63,984 nt of DNA, filler included, from Octopus bimaculoides (GCF_001194135.2; 5 parts of 4 records of this genome joined end to end with filler, not necessarily neighbours in it), one strand, 5' to 3'; shown: positions 1-13,790, counted from the first letter of the whole stretch. Made by a program: numbers and translations. The notes: generated from the letters alone by a model not told the origin.

Positions 1-89
1 GTGTGTGTGTGCTTGTGTGTGTGTGTGTGCTTGTGTGTGTCTGTGTGTGCTTGTGTGTGTGTGTGTGTGCTTGTGTGTGTGTGTGTGCT

Positions 90-120
<31 letters not shown>

Positions 121-200
121 TTGCCTGATTGTGCCCGTGCGCGCGCATATATGTTTACGTGTGCGTGTGTGTTTGTGTGTGTGTGTCTGTGCGTATGTGT
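1..200. repeat. (GT)n/(GTGTGCTT)n compound microsatellite
   Basis: Direct sequence; source of the Cys/Val-rich pseudo-ORFs at 1-232. Confidence 0.95.
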
Positions 201-968
201 ACGCTTACTACAACGAGGATTTTGAAATATAATTGGGAATGTAAGAAAGCAGACGATATTAATGTCATCGATAGCCGTCGAGGAACGTAGAATTTCTGAG
301 TGTTTCTCTTAATGAGAAATTGAGAGCAGCTTCGGAGTAAATTTGAGATATTTGGGAATTCATGGCTGTATGCAAATGAATATAGAATCGATGGCGGATA
401 TGGCCTTCCGGTGTATCAGTATCGTCGTGCATAATTCGATGGATACTGCAGATATATGAGATTTTAATAATGGAAATAGTACTGTGCTGCTAAGTTGACA
501 GATGCTTCTAGAGAGAGAATCATTGTTTAGAATAATTCTTTAAAAATTGTTACATTTTGTGATAAAAAGCAAATTGTTATTTCATTGATCGTTCTTGAGC
601 GCCTTAGGAGAGACAACTTCCAGAGATAGATAGACAGACACAAAACACACACACTGAGAGACAGGCATTTAGATAGACANNNNNNNNNNNNNNNNNNNNN
701 NNNNNNNNNNNNNNNNNNNNNNNNNNNNNNNNNNNNNNNNNNNNNNNNNNNNNNNNNNNNNNNNNNNNNNNNNNNNNNNNNNNNNNNNNNNNNNNNNNNN
801 NNNNNNNNNNNNNNNNNNNNNNNNNNNNNNNNNNNNNNNNNNNNNNNNNNNNNNNNNNNNNNNNNNNNNNNNNNNNNNNNNNNNNNNNNNNNNNNNNNNN
901 NNNNNNNNNNNNNNNNNNNNNNNNNNNNNNNNNNNNNNNNNNNNNNNNNNNNNNNNNNNNNNNNNNNN

Positions 969-1215
969 TGTGTGTACAAATATATATATTTATTCATGCA
1001 TGTCTGTGTTCTCCACCCTATCAACACTGCCTGACAACCGTTGTTGACGCGTTTACATCCGCGTATCCTAGCGGTTCGGCGAAAGAGGCTGATAGAATAA
1101 GTGCCATGTTTTTTTTTTTTTAATATGTACTGGTGTCGATTCGTTCGGTTAAAATTGTTAGAGGTGGTGCTCCAGTAGGGCCACAGTCTAATGACTGAAA
1201 CAAGCAAAATGTAAA
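969..1215 (+). mobile_element. SINE family A, 3' half (degraded)
   Basis: Matches the 3' half of the full-length copies (gcggttcggc..gatagaataagt..ccagcatggccgcagtc..tgactgaaacaag tail). Confidence 0.8.
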
Positions 1216-1393
1216 AGGTCTAACTCGGATATTAATTAACAGATCTTGGAGCCTCTGCAAGGTCTCTTGAACTGCTGGAAATGTTAGCTAAATGTTCAAT
1301 AATTATATATGTGTGTGGTTGTATGTCTGTGGGGAGGGGGACTCTATCTGCGTGTCTGTGTGTATATATGTAAGTGTGTGGGTGTATATATGT

Positions 1394-1435
<42 letters not shown>

Positions 1436-1439
1436 ATGC

Positions 1440-1650
1440 GTACATCTATGTGTGTGTGCCTTTGCGTCTGTGTCTCGGCACCGATAAACAACTGGTGTTG
1501 GTTTGCTTAGCGGTTCGGCAAAAGGAGACCGATAGTATAAGTACTAGGCTTTAAAAAAGTATGGGGTTGATTTGTTCGACTAAATCCGTCATTCCGGTCC
1601 CCCAGCGAGGTCGCAGTCCAATGACTGGACCAAGTAAAGGATAAAAGATA
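1440..1650 (+). mobile_element. SINE family A, 3' half (degraded)
   Basis: gcggttcggcaaaaggagaccgatag..tactaggc..gcagtccaatgactgg..taaaagataa, homologous to the 22641-23113 copy. Confidence 0.8.
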
Positions 1651-1949
1651 AACCAACTGATATACTCAACCAGCCGGTGCTAAACCAAAACAATCATCAC
1701 GTGATCTATTGGTCAGTACTAACTAGGAGCAAATTTTTTTTAAATGGTAACCACCTGGCAATATATAGAATTATCTGAGGAAAGTCCAAGGAGGGTTAAA
1801 AGAAATTCCAAGGCGCTGGCCTTTAATCACGTGTTCGCTGTAACTTGGAAATTAGCTCAAACAGTCTGCACGACAGGAATAAATCGAAGAAAGTCTTATT
1901 CTGATAGTTTACAGAATCGATAGAAAGATTTTCTGTACAAAGGGGAAAA

Positions 1950-2270
1950 AAATGTCTAAAGAATTAAAAGAGCCAAAGATAAAGAATAACGGAATGGTAA
2001 TAAATAAGATTACGTGGAGAATATCTAGATGAAACGGAGAAGTGACTTAGAAGTAATCATAAATGTTAGATAGAGAGTAAATCTTGTGACGAAAGAAACC
2101 GCAAACTTAATTATAAACATTGCCAGAACATGCGGCCGGAACTAGTTTAGATGGCAAAAAGATATCAAATGAAGAATATGGGGAGACGCAGCAGAAATAA
2201 TTAAACATTTGGTTAGTGAATGTTGCAAAATGGTCCGAAGAGATAACAAAAAGCCATAAGTGAAAGTGAA
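1950..2270 (+). mobile_element. Degraded R4/Dong-like non-LTR retrotransposon fragment (CCHC region)
   Basis: About 2190-2260 translates to AEIIKHLVSECCKMVRRDNKK, resembling the ETIxHIxSxCxxLAxxEYxxRH motif upstream of the RLE nuclease; multiple stops. Confidence 0.5.
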
Positions 2271-4199
2271 AGTAGAAGAAAATATTAATGTGGATCTACA
2301 TACGAAATATCATATGAGTGTGAATGAAAATTGTTGTTTTTCAATATTGTAAATATGGCTGCGCGGTTTGAGATATTTTCTTCGAAAAGTCGGGTTTTCG
2401 TGTTCGACTCCATTACGCATCACATTCGACAAGTGTCTTTTATGCCATAGTTTTGGAATGAGACAAGCCTAGTGAATATTGTTATGAAGGCGGAGTCTAT
2501 ATGTCGGATGGGTTGTATTTTATCCTGTTTCGTAGAGAAGACTTAATCTAAAGGTGTCTATGTTGTTTAGCTTAGTAGGACAGACTGAAGCATAAACTAG
2601 ATTTTGCAGGCTGAATGAGAACAATTATTCATAAAAACCGCATTCATGAAGTAGGCCAAACTGAATGAATAACAGGATCAATACATATAACAATATCATT
2701 GAGAACAAGGAAAGGAGATAATATGAGTGGTTGACAAAGCACTTATACAGAGTTGTTTAAGAAAAGATCATCCCCATTATTCTATAAACTATGAATTATT
2801 GAGATGAAAACAGAGATTGAAATTGTCCAAATGAATACATACGGTTCTTGAGACGATGAATGCTTCATCGAAAGTGTGAACTGTTTCAGCCGTAATAACT
2901 TTCGATATCGTTAATATTTCTAGAATCGTTTCAAGGGTACGCGTAAATTTAGGAAACAAACCAGACTTTTGTACTTCTATTTCGTTCGGTGTGTATAGAC
3001 AAAGTGAAGGGGAAATAGAGCATATGTTTTCATATATGGATTCATAAATTTGATTTTCATTGGTTGTGACAAGAAAATCCCCTCAGATCTTCCAACTAGC
3101 GATATATTAAGTAGTTTACAGATAATTTAGAAGGGGAAAAATGATAAATAAATTTATAAAATTCGTGTCGAAGGTCGGACAAGACATTGCCACGAGCCGG
3201 ATATTTGATAGTTTTAACTCAATCTCATCCATTTGGTTTCACTACTTGCGACCTTAGCGATGGTCTCTTCGGTCATTAGTCTGAAAAAGAATTCCCCTTT
3301 TTTTGGAATGGCTCTGTAGGCCTTGAAAAACGAAAGCGGGTCTTGGGCATTGGCCTTGCTTCTCTGCTTGTGGCTTAAAATTGTTTTTAAACGATACTAC
3401 TGCACTCGCCATAGATTCTACAGTCAGTTACTTAACATCTTTAGCAAATGAAATATTATCTTTCACCATATATTTACACTTTTCTACACATCACAATAGA
3501 AAGTAAATTTCAAATATGTCTAACAGGACAAACATGTTATCAAACATCCCACTTTCATTGGATATTGCATAAACATCGCCGCATATCACAATCTTATAAC
3601 ACATAATGCCCCCATATTTTTGCATTGCATATCAATGTATATGATACTATTTAACATTGAATATCATGTCGAAAATCACTGTATCTTACATCGTATATAA
3701 TACCATGTCACACTATATATAACATCCTATACTGAGACCGATATTTATTGAATATTTCCTGCATAGCACAGTATCTTATATCGCATAATACGACGAATAT
3801 TATAACATTTCGTACCATGTGGGTTTCTCTAAAGTATAATGTATATCATCATTAAACCACGTGTTTGCTTAGCAATCGTCATACCCAGTTGACAATGACT
3901 TAATATCCACATATTCATATGTCACTGTACGTGCGTGCTACATTCATCGGTGTGCGTGCGCGTAGAGGGGCGGGGTGTATGTGTGGTGTGTATGTGATGT
4001 TAGACACGCGATCACCGTTTCTTGTTAGCAATATAATCATTGCCAGATACGAGAGCTACTGAGAAGACGTCATCCGATATAATGAGTTAAGTCACAGCAG
4101 CCGTGGAGAAGGGAAGACGGTGTTGGGGGATCAACGCCAGCAAAACAGAGCCCCCACCCCACCCCCACTCTGACACTTCTATTAGTGAAAGGTAATTGA

Positions 4200-4252
4200 T
4201 GGCGACGACGACAATGATGGATGATCATCAAGATGATGTCGACGACGACGAC

Positions 4253-4295
<43 letters not shown>

Positions 4296-4946
4296 AAATG
4301 GTAGTGATGATCTTGACCNNNNNNNNNNNNNNNNNNNNNNNNNNNNNNNNNNNNNNNNNNNNNNNNNNNNNNNNNNNNNNNNNNNNNNNNNNNNNNNNNN
4401 NNNNNNNNNNNNNNNNNNNNNNNNNNNNNNNNNNNNNNNNNNNNNNNNNGTGGCAGTGGTGGTGTTGGTGATGATGATGTTGGTGATGGTGACGATGATG
4501 ATGGTGATGATGATGGTGGTGATGGTGATGATTATGACTATGATCTTGATCATGATAATGATGTTGGTGATGGTGATGATGATGTTGGTGATGGTGATGA
4601 TGATGATGATGAAGATGATGCGTTAGTACTTGTTAGTGTTGTTGCCATTGACGATGACACTGGCGCTGGATCCGATACGGGTGGCCTTCGGGGCTGCGAA
4701 GCCATCTTGTCGGCGACGACACTGACGGTGTTGTTGATTGGTATTTTAACGATGATGACATTGATGACGGCGGTGGTAGTGGTGATGACGATGACAATGA
4801 TGGTGATTATGGTGATGATAGTGAAGACGATGATGATGATGATGGTGGTGGTGGTGATGATGATGACGACGACGACGGCGACGATGATGATGGTGATGAT
4901 GATGATGATGATGACGACGACGACGACGACGACGACGACGATGATG

Positions 4947-4978
<32 letters not shown>

Positions 4979-5281
4979 GTCGGTGGTAATGATGATGATA
5001 ATGATGATGATGATGATGATGGTGGTGATGATGATGATGATGCGATAACGAAATCATCGTTTCAATCAGCTCCACTCCCACCACCAGTGTAGCAGCTGCT
5101 TTCACAGCAGCAGTAAAAACCATCACCACCACCACCACCACCACCACTACCACCACAACCTTCACCACAACTGCCGCCACCACCACCACAACTACTACTA
5201 CTACTACTACATCTACCCCCACCACCACCATCACTACCAATAACCACCACTGCTACTATTGACACTACTACTACCACTACA

Positions 5282-5313
<32 letters not shown>

Positions 5314-5460
5314 CACTGCTACTGCTACTGGTACTACCGCCACAATTGTTGCTGCTGCTGCTACTGCAACTGCTTCGACAATAACATCAATGTCACCATC
5401 ACGAAAAACAACAAAAACACAAAACCTACAATAACAACAACAACAACATTACCATTAACA
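4200..5460. repeat. Compound trinucleotide microsatellite field (GAT/GAC/GGT, then CAC/CTA/GCT)
   Basis: Direct sequence; includes a gap at 4319-4449. Confidence 0.9.
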
Positions 5461-5559
5461 ACATCAGTATAAACCCACCCCCAAAAATCGAACCAGCTCA
5501 TCATATGCCTGTTGAAATATCTTCAGCTAAATAAACTTATTAAATACAACGCATTATTG

Positions 5560-5720
5560 AGATAAGCACCGCGCACAATACGCATTTTCATCAGCTTATT
5601 ACATTTTCTCTCCGCGATGACGCCATTTTGACTGGCGCCATTTCGTCTCGTTTCACTATTACATTTTCCCTCTTTCTTTTCACCCAGTCAACCCCACCCC
5701 CTCCCGGTTCGCTCACTCGC
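5560..5720. promoter_or_regulatory. CpG-rich island with two tandem YY1-type motifs (candidate promoter)
   Basis: GACGCCATTTTG (5619-5630) and GGCGCCATTTCG (5634-5645) resemble the YY1 consensus CGCCATNTT; local CpG enrichment. Confidence 0.3.
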
Positions 5721-5909
5721 TCATTCTCTCATTCATTCAATCATTAACTCAGTCAGTCATTCATACGAAAACACACAAATACACACACACTCACGCACAC
5801 ATACACACACACATACACATGCACATATACATATACACACAGACATACACACGCAGTATTTCATAGATTCTTCTCCCTCTCGCTTCTTTTCTCTATCGAC
5901 TACCCATTC

Positions 5910-5955
<46 letters not shown>

Positions 5956-6404
5956 CCTCTTCTCTCCCTGTTTATCTTTTCCTCCGTCTCTATCTCTTTG
6001 TGTCTATCTCTTTAACTCTCTCTCTCTCNNNNNNNNNNNNNNNNNNNNNNNNNNNNNNNNNNNNNNNNNNNNNNNNNNNNNNNNNNNNNNNNNNNNNNNN
6101 NNNNNNNNNNNNNNNNNNNNNNNNNNNNNNNNNNNNNNNNNNNNNNNNNNNNNNNNNNNNNNNNNNNNNNNNNNNNNNNNNNNNNNNNNNNNNNNNNNNN
6201 NNNNNNNNNNNNNNNNNNNNNNNNNNNNNNNNNNNNNNNNNNNNNNNNNNNNNNNNNNNNNNNNNNNNNNNNNNNNNNNNNNNNNNNNNNNNNNNNNNNN
6301 NNNNNNNNNNNNNNNNNNNNNNNNNNNNNNNNNNNNNNNNNNNNNNNNNNNNNNNNNNNNNNNNNNNNNNNNNNNNNNNNNNNNNNNNNNNNNNNNNNNN
6401 NNNN

Positions 6405-6446
<42 letters not shown>

Positions 6447-6849
6447 GGTAGTGTACGAGTATATATGTGTGTATTTCATTCGCTCATTCACGTATATTCC
6501 GTCTTTCACAAATTCCATCACATTCACTCTTTCTTCCATTTTTTTTCTCTCTTTCTTCCTATCTACTCACACCTTTCCTTGTTCCCTAGCTCAACTTCTC
6601 CACACACACACTATTCATAAATTCAATCACTCTCTCACTTTCTCGCACGCCTACCCCATTTTCCCGTAATGTAGCGCCGCCGTTCAGCGACTGAGCGACT
6701 GCGATAAGCTCTGAATTATGTCTGACGGTGAAAAATCAGCCATTTTTTTTTCTAATCCACAAGACGCTATACTCAAAGACAATTTATCGCAGGTATTGTC
6801 AGGTGCTACGTATTAGCAATTTACCTCTAGAAAATTATTATTTCCCCCA

Positions 6850-6886
<37 letters not shown>

Positions 6887-8979
6887 GTTTCTATTTCTTT
6901 ATTTTCTTCGTTCGTTCCGGCTTTTATTCTCTAAAACTTTGATTTTCGCGTTTGTCGTTTCCTGCAATAATTTCTTTTCAACATCTCAAAACTTTAAATC
7001 TGTGTTTCAAACCAACTCACAACAAAATATTCCAGCTGCTGCTGCTGCTGCTTTCGTTGCTGCTGCTTTCGTTGCTGCTGCTTTCGTTGCTGCTGCTTCT
7101 GTTACTGATAGTACTGCTACTTTTGCCACCCTGACGACTCCCAGCACTACCGCTGCTTCTACTACTATTACTATTACTACTATAAACATCACCGCTCTTC
7201 CTACTATTACTACTACTACTGCTGCAGCTACTATTCCTACTGCAGTTGCTAAAACAGACAGACNNNNNNNNNNNNNNNNNNNNNNNNNNNNNNNNNNNNN
7301 NNNNNNNNNNNNNNNNNNNNNNNNNNNNNNNNNNNNNNNNNNNNNNNNNNNNNNNNNNNNNNNNNNNNNNNNNNNNNNNNNNNNNNNNNNNNNNNNNNNN
7401 NNNNNNNNNNNNNNNNNNNNNNNNNNNNNNNNNNNNNNNNNNNNNNNNNNNNNNNNNNNNNNNNNNNNNNNNNNNNNNNNNNNNNNNNNNNNNNNNNNNN
7501 NNNNNNNNNNNNNNNNNNNNNNNNNNNNNNNNNNNNNNNNNNNNNNNNNNNNNNNNNNNNNNNNNNNNNNNNNNNNNNNNNNNNNNNNNNNNNNNNNNNN
7601 NNNNNNNNNNNNNNNNNNNNNNNNNNNNNNNNNNNNNNTATATACATATATATACATACACACATATATACATATACATAGATAGATATAAGTACGTATA
7701 TGTGTGTGTACACATATATACATATATACACAGTCATGTGTGTATATATAAATATATATATATACTATGTGTGTGTGTATGTGTGCAAAATAATGAGACT
7801 TTACTTAACACTAAGCAACTATATCAGTAGCAGTAACAACAACAATCATCTTCTCAAAATGCACTCTTTGTTTACACGGTGAGTCTTTCCTTAGAGAGGC
7901 TCATAACAGATGCATAATATTACACTCAACTATACACATTGTCCTATACGTAAATATTTATTACTCTAAATCTTCACACAATGATGTTCCAGTATTAGTT
8001 ATAATGTGAATTTTCGCTTTAGTTTCTCATATTTCTCAGACACTAAATATTTAAGTGCAATCCGCTTGAATTTTAAGAAACCATCTTGTGTTTAATGGCA
8101 TCGTGCTTATGTTTTATAACCAGGAAATAAATTCGTTGTTTTAAACCTTATAGAATTTTCAGTATTCTACAAAAATAAATCGGCAGTTATATATGGAAAT
8201 AGTAAAGATTTAAACAGCCATTTCTAGTTTGTGGAATGCAAAACTATCTGTAACATCACTGGAAGTAGTTCCGATGTATATTAGCATCTTTGTATATTCA
8301 TTTGAGTAATGTTTTGGCAATTTAGAAGTAATGATCGTCTTATTTTCTGGTTTAAAATATTTCTTAGTCAATCACTTTCTTTAATATTGAATCTCCGAAA
8401 TACAATATTTCACAAACAGCCATAGAATTTATGTCAGTAAACGTAGAACTAAACTATATTTGTAAAAATGGTGTCAGATGTAGATTTGTGATTTTCTTGT
8501 AGTGAGGTGATAGATAAATGATAAATTTCTGATTCTCACGTTCGTCTAAGACAGCGTATTTGGTATTTGGTAAGCAGAATCTCCACGCTTAACATTCTTT
8601 ATTTCAGTTAATTTAATTTTACAATTTTAAGCAAGCTTACAGAGTTCCAGTTCTGGATTTATCAACGAGTATTCCTGAGTTTGTAAGTCCGAGTTTGTGA
8701 TGAAATTAGTGTTAAATTATTTCATATATTCTTGTCTCGAGAAAGCCAAACGTTCAACGTGATCACGAAGAATCTCGATGTCTAGTAGGCAAAATAATGA
8801 TGATAAATAAAATGGCGTCGTGAAAAATATCGAACATATGACGTCATAAAAGATTCCTAGAAATGACATAATAATGATGTCAAATTTTGGTTCTGAGCTA
8901 GTAGTTTTTGAGGAAATCGATTCTTTTGACATTAATAATCAACTAGGACTTATTTTATTGAACTCGAAATGATGAAAGG

Positions 8980-9080
8980 AAAAATCGACTTTGGTGGAAT
9001 TTGAACTCAGAACGTAACGACGAACAAAATGCCGCTAAACACTTTGTCGGACATGCTAACGATTCTGTCAGCTGCAGCCT
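8980..9080 (-). mobile_element. SINE family B, 5' fragment
   Basis: gaatttgaactcagaacgta..gacgaa..atgccgctaa..catgctaacgattctgtcagct is the reverse complement of the family B head. Confidence 0.75.
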
Positions 9081-9149
9081 TAGTAATGACATAGGAATAT
9101 GGTTTGAGACAGTACATGGTGAATAGACATAAACACACACCCGTCCAAG

Positions 9150-9322
9150 GCGAGAGTTTATGTCCTCGTAACTTAGGGGTTCGGCAACAGATGGTTAATA
9201 GAATAAGTACCAGGCTTTAAAAAGATAAACCAAGTACTTCAGTCGATTCATTTGACTAAACACTTCAAGGCGTGACCCAGCATGGCCGCAGTCTAATGTC
9301 TGAAAGAGATAAAAAGATAAAA
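9150..9322 (+). mobile_element. SINE family A, 3' half
   Basis: gttcggcaa..agaataagtaccaggc..ccagcatggccgcagtctaatg tail. Confidence 0.8.
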
Positions 9323-10915
9323 TATAACTACATAAATATATATGTATCAATATGCGAGTGTGTGAATTCCAATATATANNNNNNNNNNNNNNNNNNNNNN
9401 NNNNNNNNNNNNNNNNNNNNNNNNNNNNNNNNNNNNNNNNNNNNNNNNNNNNNNNNNNNNNNNNNNNNNNNNNNNNNNNNNNNNNNNNNNNNNNNNNNNN
9501 NNNNNNNNNNNNNNNNNNNNNNNNNNNNNNNNNNNNNNNNNNNNNNNNNNNNNNNNNNNNNNNNNNNNNNNNNNNNNNNNNNNNNNNNNNNNNNNNNNNN
9601 NNNNNNNNNNNNNNNNNNNNNNNNNNNNNNNNNNNNNNNNNNNNNNNNNNNNNNNNNNNNNNNNNNNNNNNNNNNNNNNNNNNNNNNNNNNNNNNNNNNN
9701 NNNNNNNNNNNNNNNNNNNNNNNNNNNNNNNNNNNNNNNNNNNNNNNNNNNNNNNNNNNNNNNNNNNNNNNNNNNNNNNNNNNTTCTAACCGGTTTTCAT
9801 TGCGAAGAAGCAAATTATCAAGAAGGAGAATGAAAATGTTTTTTTTACAAAGAAGTACAAAATGAAGAAAATAATATATAAAACAATAATATATAAAAAA
9901 ATAAATATACCCATACATTATATTGTCTTTGAGCTTTTGTAGTTCAATAGTAGTTCATGTATAAATTGGTAGGAAAAATAAGGATGCATGAGAGTTGAGA
10001 GTTTTGTTAGGTTTATAAAAAAGGGTTAAAAGTTTGTGTTAAGCAGGAAATGTGGTGTCAAAACAGGAAGCGTGTGTAAGGGGAGACAAGTGTTTTTAGT
10101 TAGAGTTATGAACTCTATACACAATGTTTCTAGAATACGTCTCCATATGCGTGTGTTTCAGATGTGATGTATGTTTATCCGTATGCGTGTGTACGTCTCC
10201 TCCGCAACACCATGCCCTCGTTTTAGTTTAAGTATAAAGTAACGCAGTATGATTGTAGTGTAGCGTTACTGTTAAGACATTAAACACTTCAGCTGTAGTA
10301 AATAGCAGTTACCATTCAGATTATATGCATTACATTCTAAACAAGTTAACAGCTACGATGCTGGAATCCAGTCTTCCAAACGTGTTTGCTGAAGCAAGAA
10401 TTTCCAAGTTCCAATATTTTAAAGAACTTTAAAACAAATTTATAAGAGTATGCAAATTTATGATAAAAACATGATTCTAAAACGAAAAAAGAAAAAAACA
10501 AACAAAGAAATGTGATTAATTTCTCAAACTGCATCACAACTAGGATTCTTGAAGAGACGAAATTTATCAGAATCTCTCGAGATTTTGGTAAACTCAAGAT
10601 TTCATTTAATAGCATGAAACGAATTATTAATCTGTAAAGACAACTTTAGGAATAATCCTCATTCATAGCCGATTCTTTTAACGTCTTCACATATTTTTTT
10701 AATTATATTTTTGCGTTATGTATATGTTTGCGTCTTTATTTATTTTTTTTTTTTTTTGGAATAAGGGATAGAGCGATGGTTTACAGACGCACACACACAA
10801 ATAGAGAGAGGGGGAGAGAGAGAAGGAAAAGAAAGATGGATGGATAAATGGACAGATAGATAGATAGTTAGATACATACATACATACATACATACATGGA
10901 TAGGCAGATAGCTAA

Positions 10916-10967
<52 letters not shown>

Positions 10968-11773
10968 ATAGATAGAGAATGTTATGAAAGTTATGCTCTA
11001 GCGTACAGTACGAAATGCCCGACAATATCGATCCTTTAAAAAAATTGATGTTAGCTTAATCATTTGAATAAATTGGAAAATATTGCCAAGACAGCAATGC
11101 TTTGTTATTCAACAGTAGTGGTTCATATTAGAACTGGTTGATTAAAGAGAATTATCTGCGACAGAATTAACAAAATAGATGGCACCAGCCAGATGGAATT
11201 AAAATACGTTGGAGAGATAGAGTAAGAGATTATTTTAAAGAATTCTTTAAAAGAAAAAAAAAGACAAATAATAATAAATAATATAATGAATAGTTTCGAA
11301 GGAAAATATTAAGCATTAAGCAGACATTGATTCTGATCAGGTGAGGAGAGAGAAAGAGAGAGGGAAGGTTTTTTTTGTCGATCAATGAGTAGGATAGCTG
11401 CCTCTATATAACATTAATTTAATAGAGATAAGAAACGGGAAGAGACATTAAGAAAATAGTATGACATATTTAAAGAAATTTGTTGGTTTAGGATTAAGGG
11501 ACAGTATCCGGATTTCAATTATCGATCGACTCATTTTACACCTCCCTTCACACACTTCGGGCGCTTAGCATTTTTTCCTATTTTTCTTTTCTTTCACCTT
11601 ACTACGTCTGGCTACTCTGATTGGCTTTTTTTGTTGTTTTTTTTTCTTTTTTTGTTTACATCGTTTTTTCCTACCGACCACTGACTCTCTTCAATCAAAG
11701 ACACATTATTCTCATTAATCGTGACCTTTTGCTAATAAAATTATACACATTATTATTATTATTATTATTATTA

Positions 11774-11935
11774 TTCAGTAGTTTTATTTTTGTAACGTGC
11801 TTTCACTTCACTACCGAGCGCAGCTCTGTGTGCCTGGGTATGTGCTGTGGTTTGCTGTGATGCTCTTATGATTACAGTATTGAAAGTGTTTTGCGTAGGA
11901 TGTGTGCAGTGCCCAGTAGTGCAATTTTCTGTATG

Positions 11936-11937
<2 letters not shown>
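11774..11937 (-). mobile_element. R4/Dong-like non-LTR retrotransposon, 5'-truncated 3' end (copy 1)
   Basis: Encodes NIQKIALLGTAHILRKTLSIL (ORF C-terminus) plus 3' UTR; flanked on both sides by (TAA)n. Confidence 0.85.
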
Positions 11938-11972
<35 letters not shown>

Positions 11973-12058
11973 TATTATTATTATTATTATTTTTATCATC
12001 ATCATCATCATTATCAATATTATTATTGTTGTAATAATTATTATTATTATTATTTTTA

Positions 12059-12536
12059 TTCAGTAGTCTTATTTCTATCACGTGATTTCACTGCACTACT
12101 AAGCGCAGCTCTGTGCGCCCTGGGTATGTGCTGTGGTTTGTTGTGGTGCTCTTATTTTCAGTGTATTGAAAGTGCTTTACGTAGCCTGTGTGCGGTTCTA
12201 TAAACTTATAAGTCCTGGTGTTTTTGCTATGCATTTGTCTGGATGTTCTTTTTTTATCATACCTAATGCGCCTACTATAATAGGAATTATTTCTGTTTTT
12301 AGGCTCCACATTCGATTTAGCTCTGTCTCCAGTTCTTTGTATATTAAAAGTCTCTCCGTTTCTTTTACAGAAACATTGTCATCTGTTGGTGTTGATACAT
12401 CGATTAGAAAGCAGTTTTTCTTGGTGATCTTTGACATCTATATCCGGCCTGTTGGCCTTAATTCCTCTATCTGTGTGTATTAGCATATCTTAGAGTATGG
12501 TTGCTTTCTCACTTACTGTGACCTTTCTGGGGCGTT
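12059..12536 (-). mobile_element. R4/Dong-like non-LTR retrotransposon, RLE nuclease domain and 3' UTR (copy 2)
   Basis: PEKVTVSEKATIL*DMLIHTDRGIKANRPDI...CFLIDVSTPTDDNVSVKETERLLIYKELETELNRMWSLKTEIIPIIVGALG is a PD-(D/E)xK restriction-like endonuclease; 3' UTR homologous to copy 1; frameshifted. Confidence 0.9.
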
Positions 12537-12543
12537 ATCATCA

Positions 12544-12598
<55 letters not shown>

Positions 12599-13559
12599 GA
12601 TCATCATCCTCATCATCATCATCATTATTGTTATTATTATTACTATTATTATTATTATTATTATGATTATTATTATTACTACTACTATCATTATTTCATG
12701 GTGCGTGTTAATTTCGCTAGTAGGTGTTTTATCTTGAGCTTTGGTGACAGCAAGTCTCCTCAAAGAGACGATAATGGAACGTGTCCATTATCTCCTTTTT
12801 GGCCTCGCGTTTCCACCACAAGATGTTTGCAGTACTTGCACGAGGCCTTGTGTACATGCATTCAAAACGATCTTCATTTCAGATCAGTTTAAAATCTGAT
12901 CATGTTCTTATATCATGAGATGCTTTGAGCCCTCATACAAAGCTCAGTGTACGTATCAACAAGAGATGATCTTCACGCTTTTGTTTAAATCGTGTTCAGT
13001 TCGTAAACTCGAAGTTTCCAGTTAATGCGTAGCTTCATATGACAGCAAGTTTCTTTTTGTCACACTGGCGTACCTTTAAGCGTTGTTACTTAAGTATATT
13101 TATGAGCTACTCGCTGTCACTTCTAATAACAAACTTATATGCAGGTGATATCATCTTTCACACGTTCGTAACCTTTCTTTCCCAGGTGTCATCCACATGC
13201 AGCGTAAACTCCACACGGAAAACACACATTACTTCCTAGATCAAGGACCTTACATACATCACTCAATAATGACAGGACAACCTGGAAATGCAGTCATCAA
13301 TCCTTTTTCACTTCATAGCTCACTAAGGAACAAGTAAAAAATTAAAAAAAAACACGCTATCGTGCTTCACAGAGAAAGTTAGGAAATACCGTTTTAAATT
13401 TAAAATTTATGAAAAAAAAATATAACAATCTATTGCTTGCTTAGGTTTATAAGTCATACGTGAGTATAACAAAATTATGATGATCTCATTTTCCATGACA
13501 CTAAAGAATCAGAATTGATTTCCTGCAACGCGAAATTATATTTTTCAGTTTATACAACA

Positions 13560-13790
13560 CACTTAGATTCCTGCTTCACTGCGTCGCAAACATGGCGAGA
13601 GGCCACTGTAGCGCAAGGGATTACAAAGAAAGGAAACAAAGGGGCCAATAAATTCATATGTCGATTGACAGAAAGCTTGAACAGCTGAACATCTAAGACC
13701 AGAGGGAAATATGACGGTGGTAGGGAGTTCCAGAGAGCAACAGTTAGGGCAGAAAAACTATTTGAATAAAACGATTTATGGCTAACAGGA
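13560..13790 (-). mobile_element. CR1/Jockey-like LINE 3' end
   Basis: Minus strand reads FYSNSFSALTVALWNSLPPSYFPLVLDVQLFKLSVNRH, the typical NSFFxRTxxLWNxLP C-terminal motif. Confidence 0.7.

Noticed and set aside
8643-8682. 40-nt plus-strand exon candidate (CTTACAG|...|GTAAGT)
   Set aside because: No recognisable peptide; such signal pairs are expected by chance in 64 kb.
12694-13260. Unique segment next to the Dong stack, considered as a further Dong region
   Set aside because: No RT, CCHC or RLE motif recognised in any frame.
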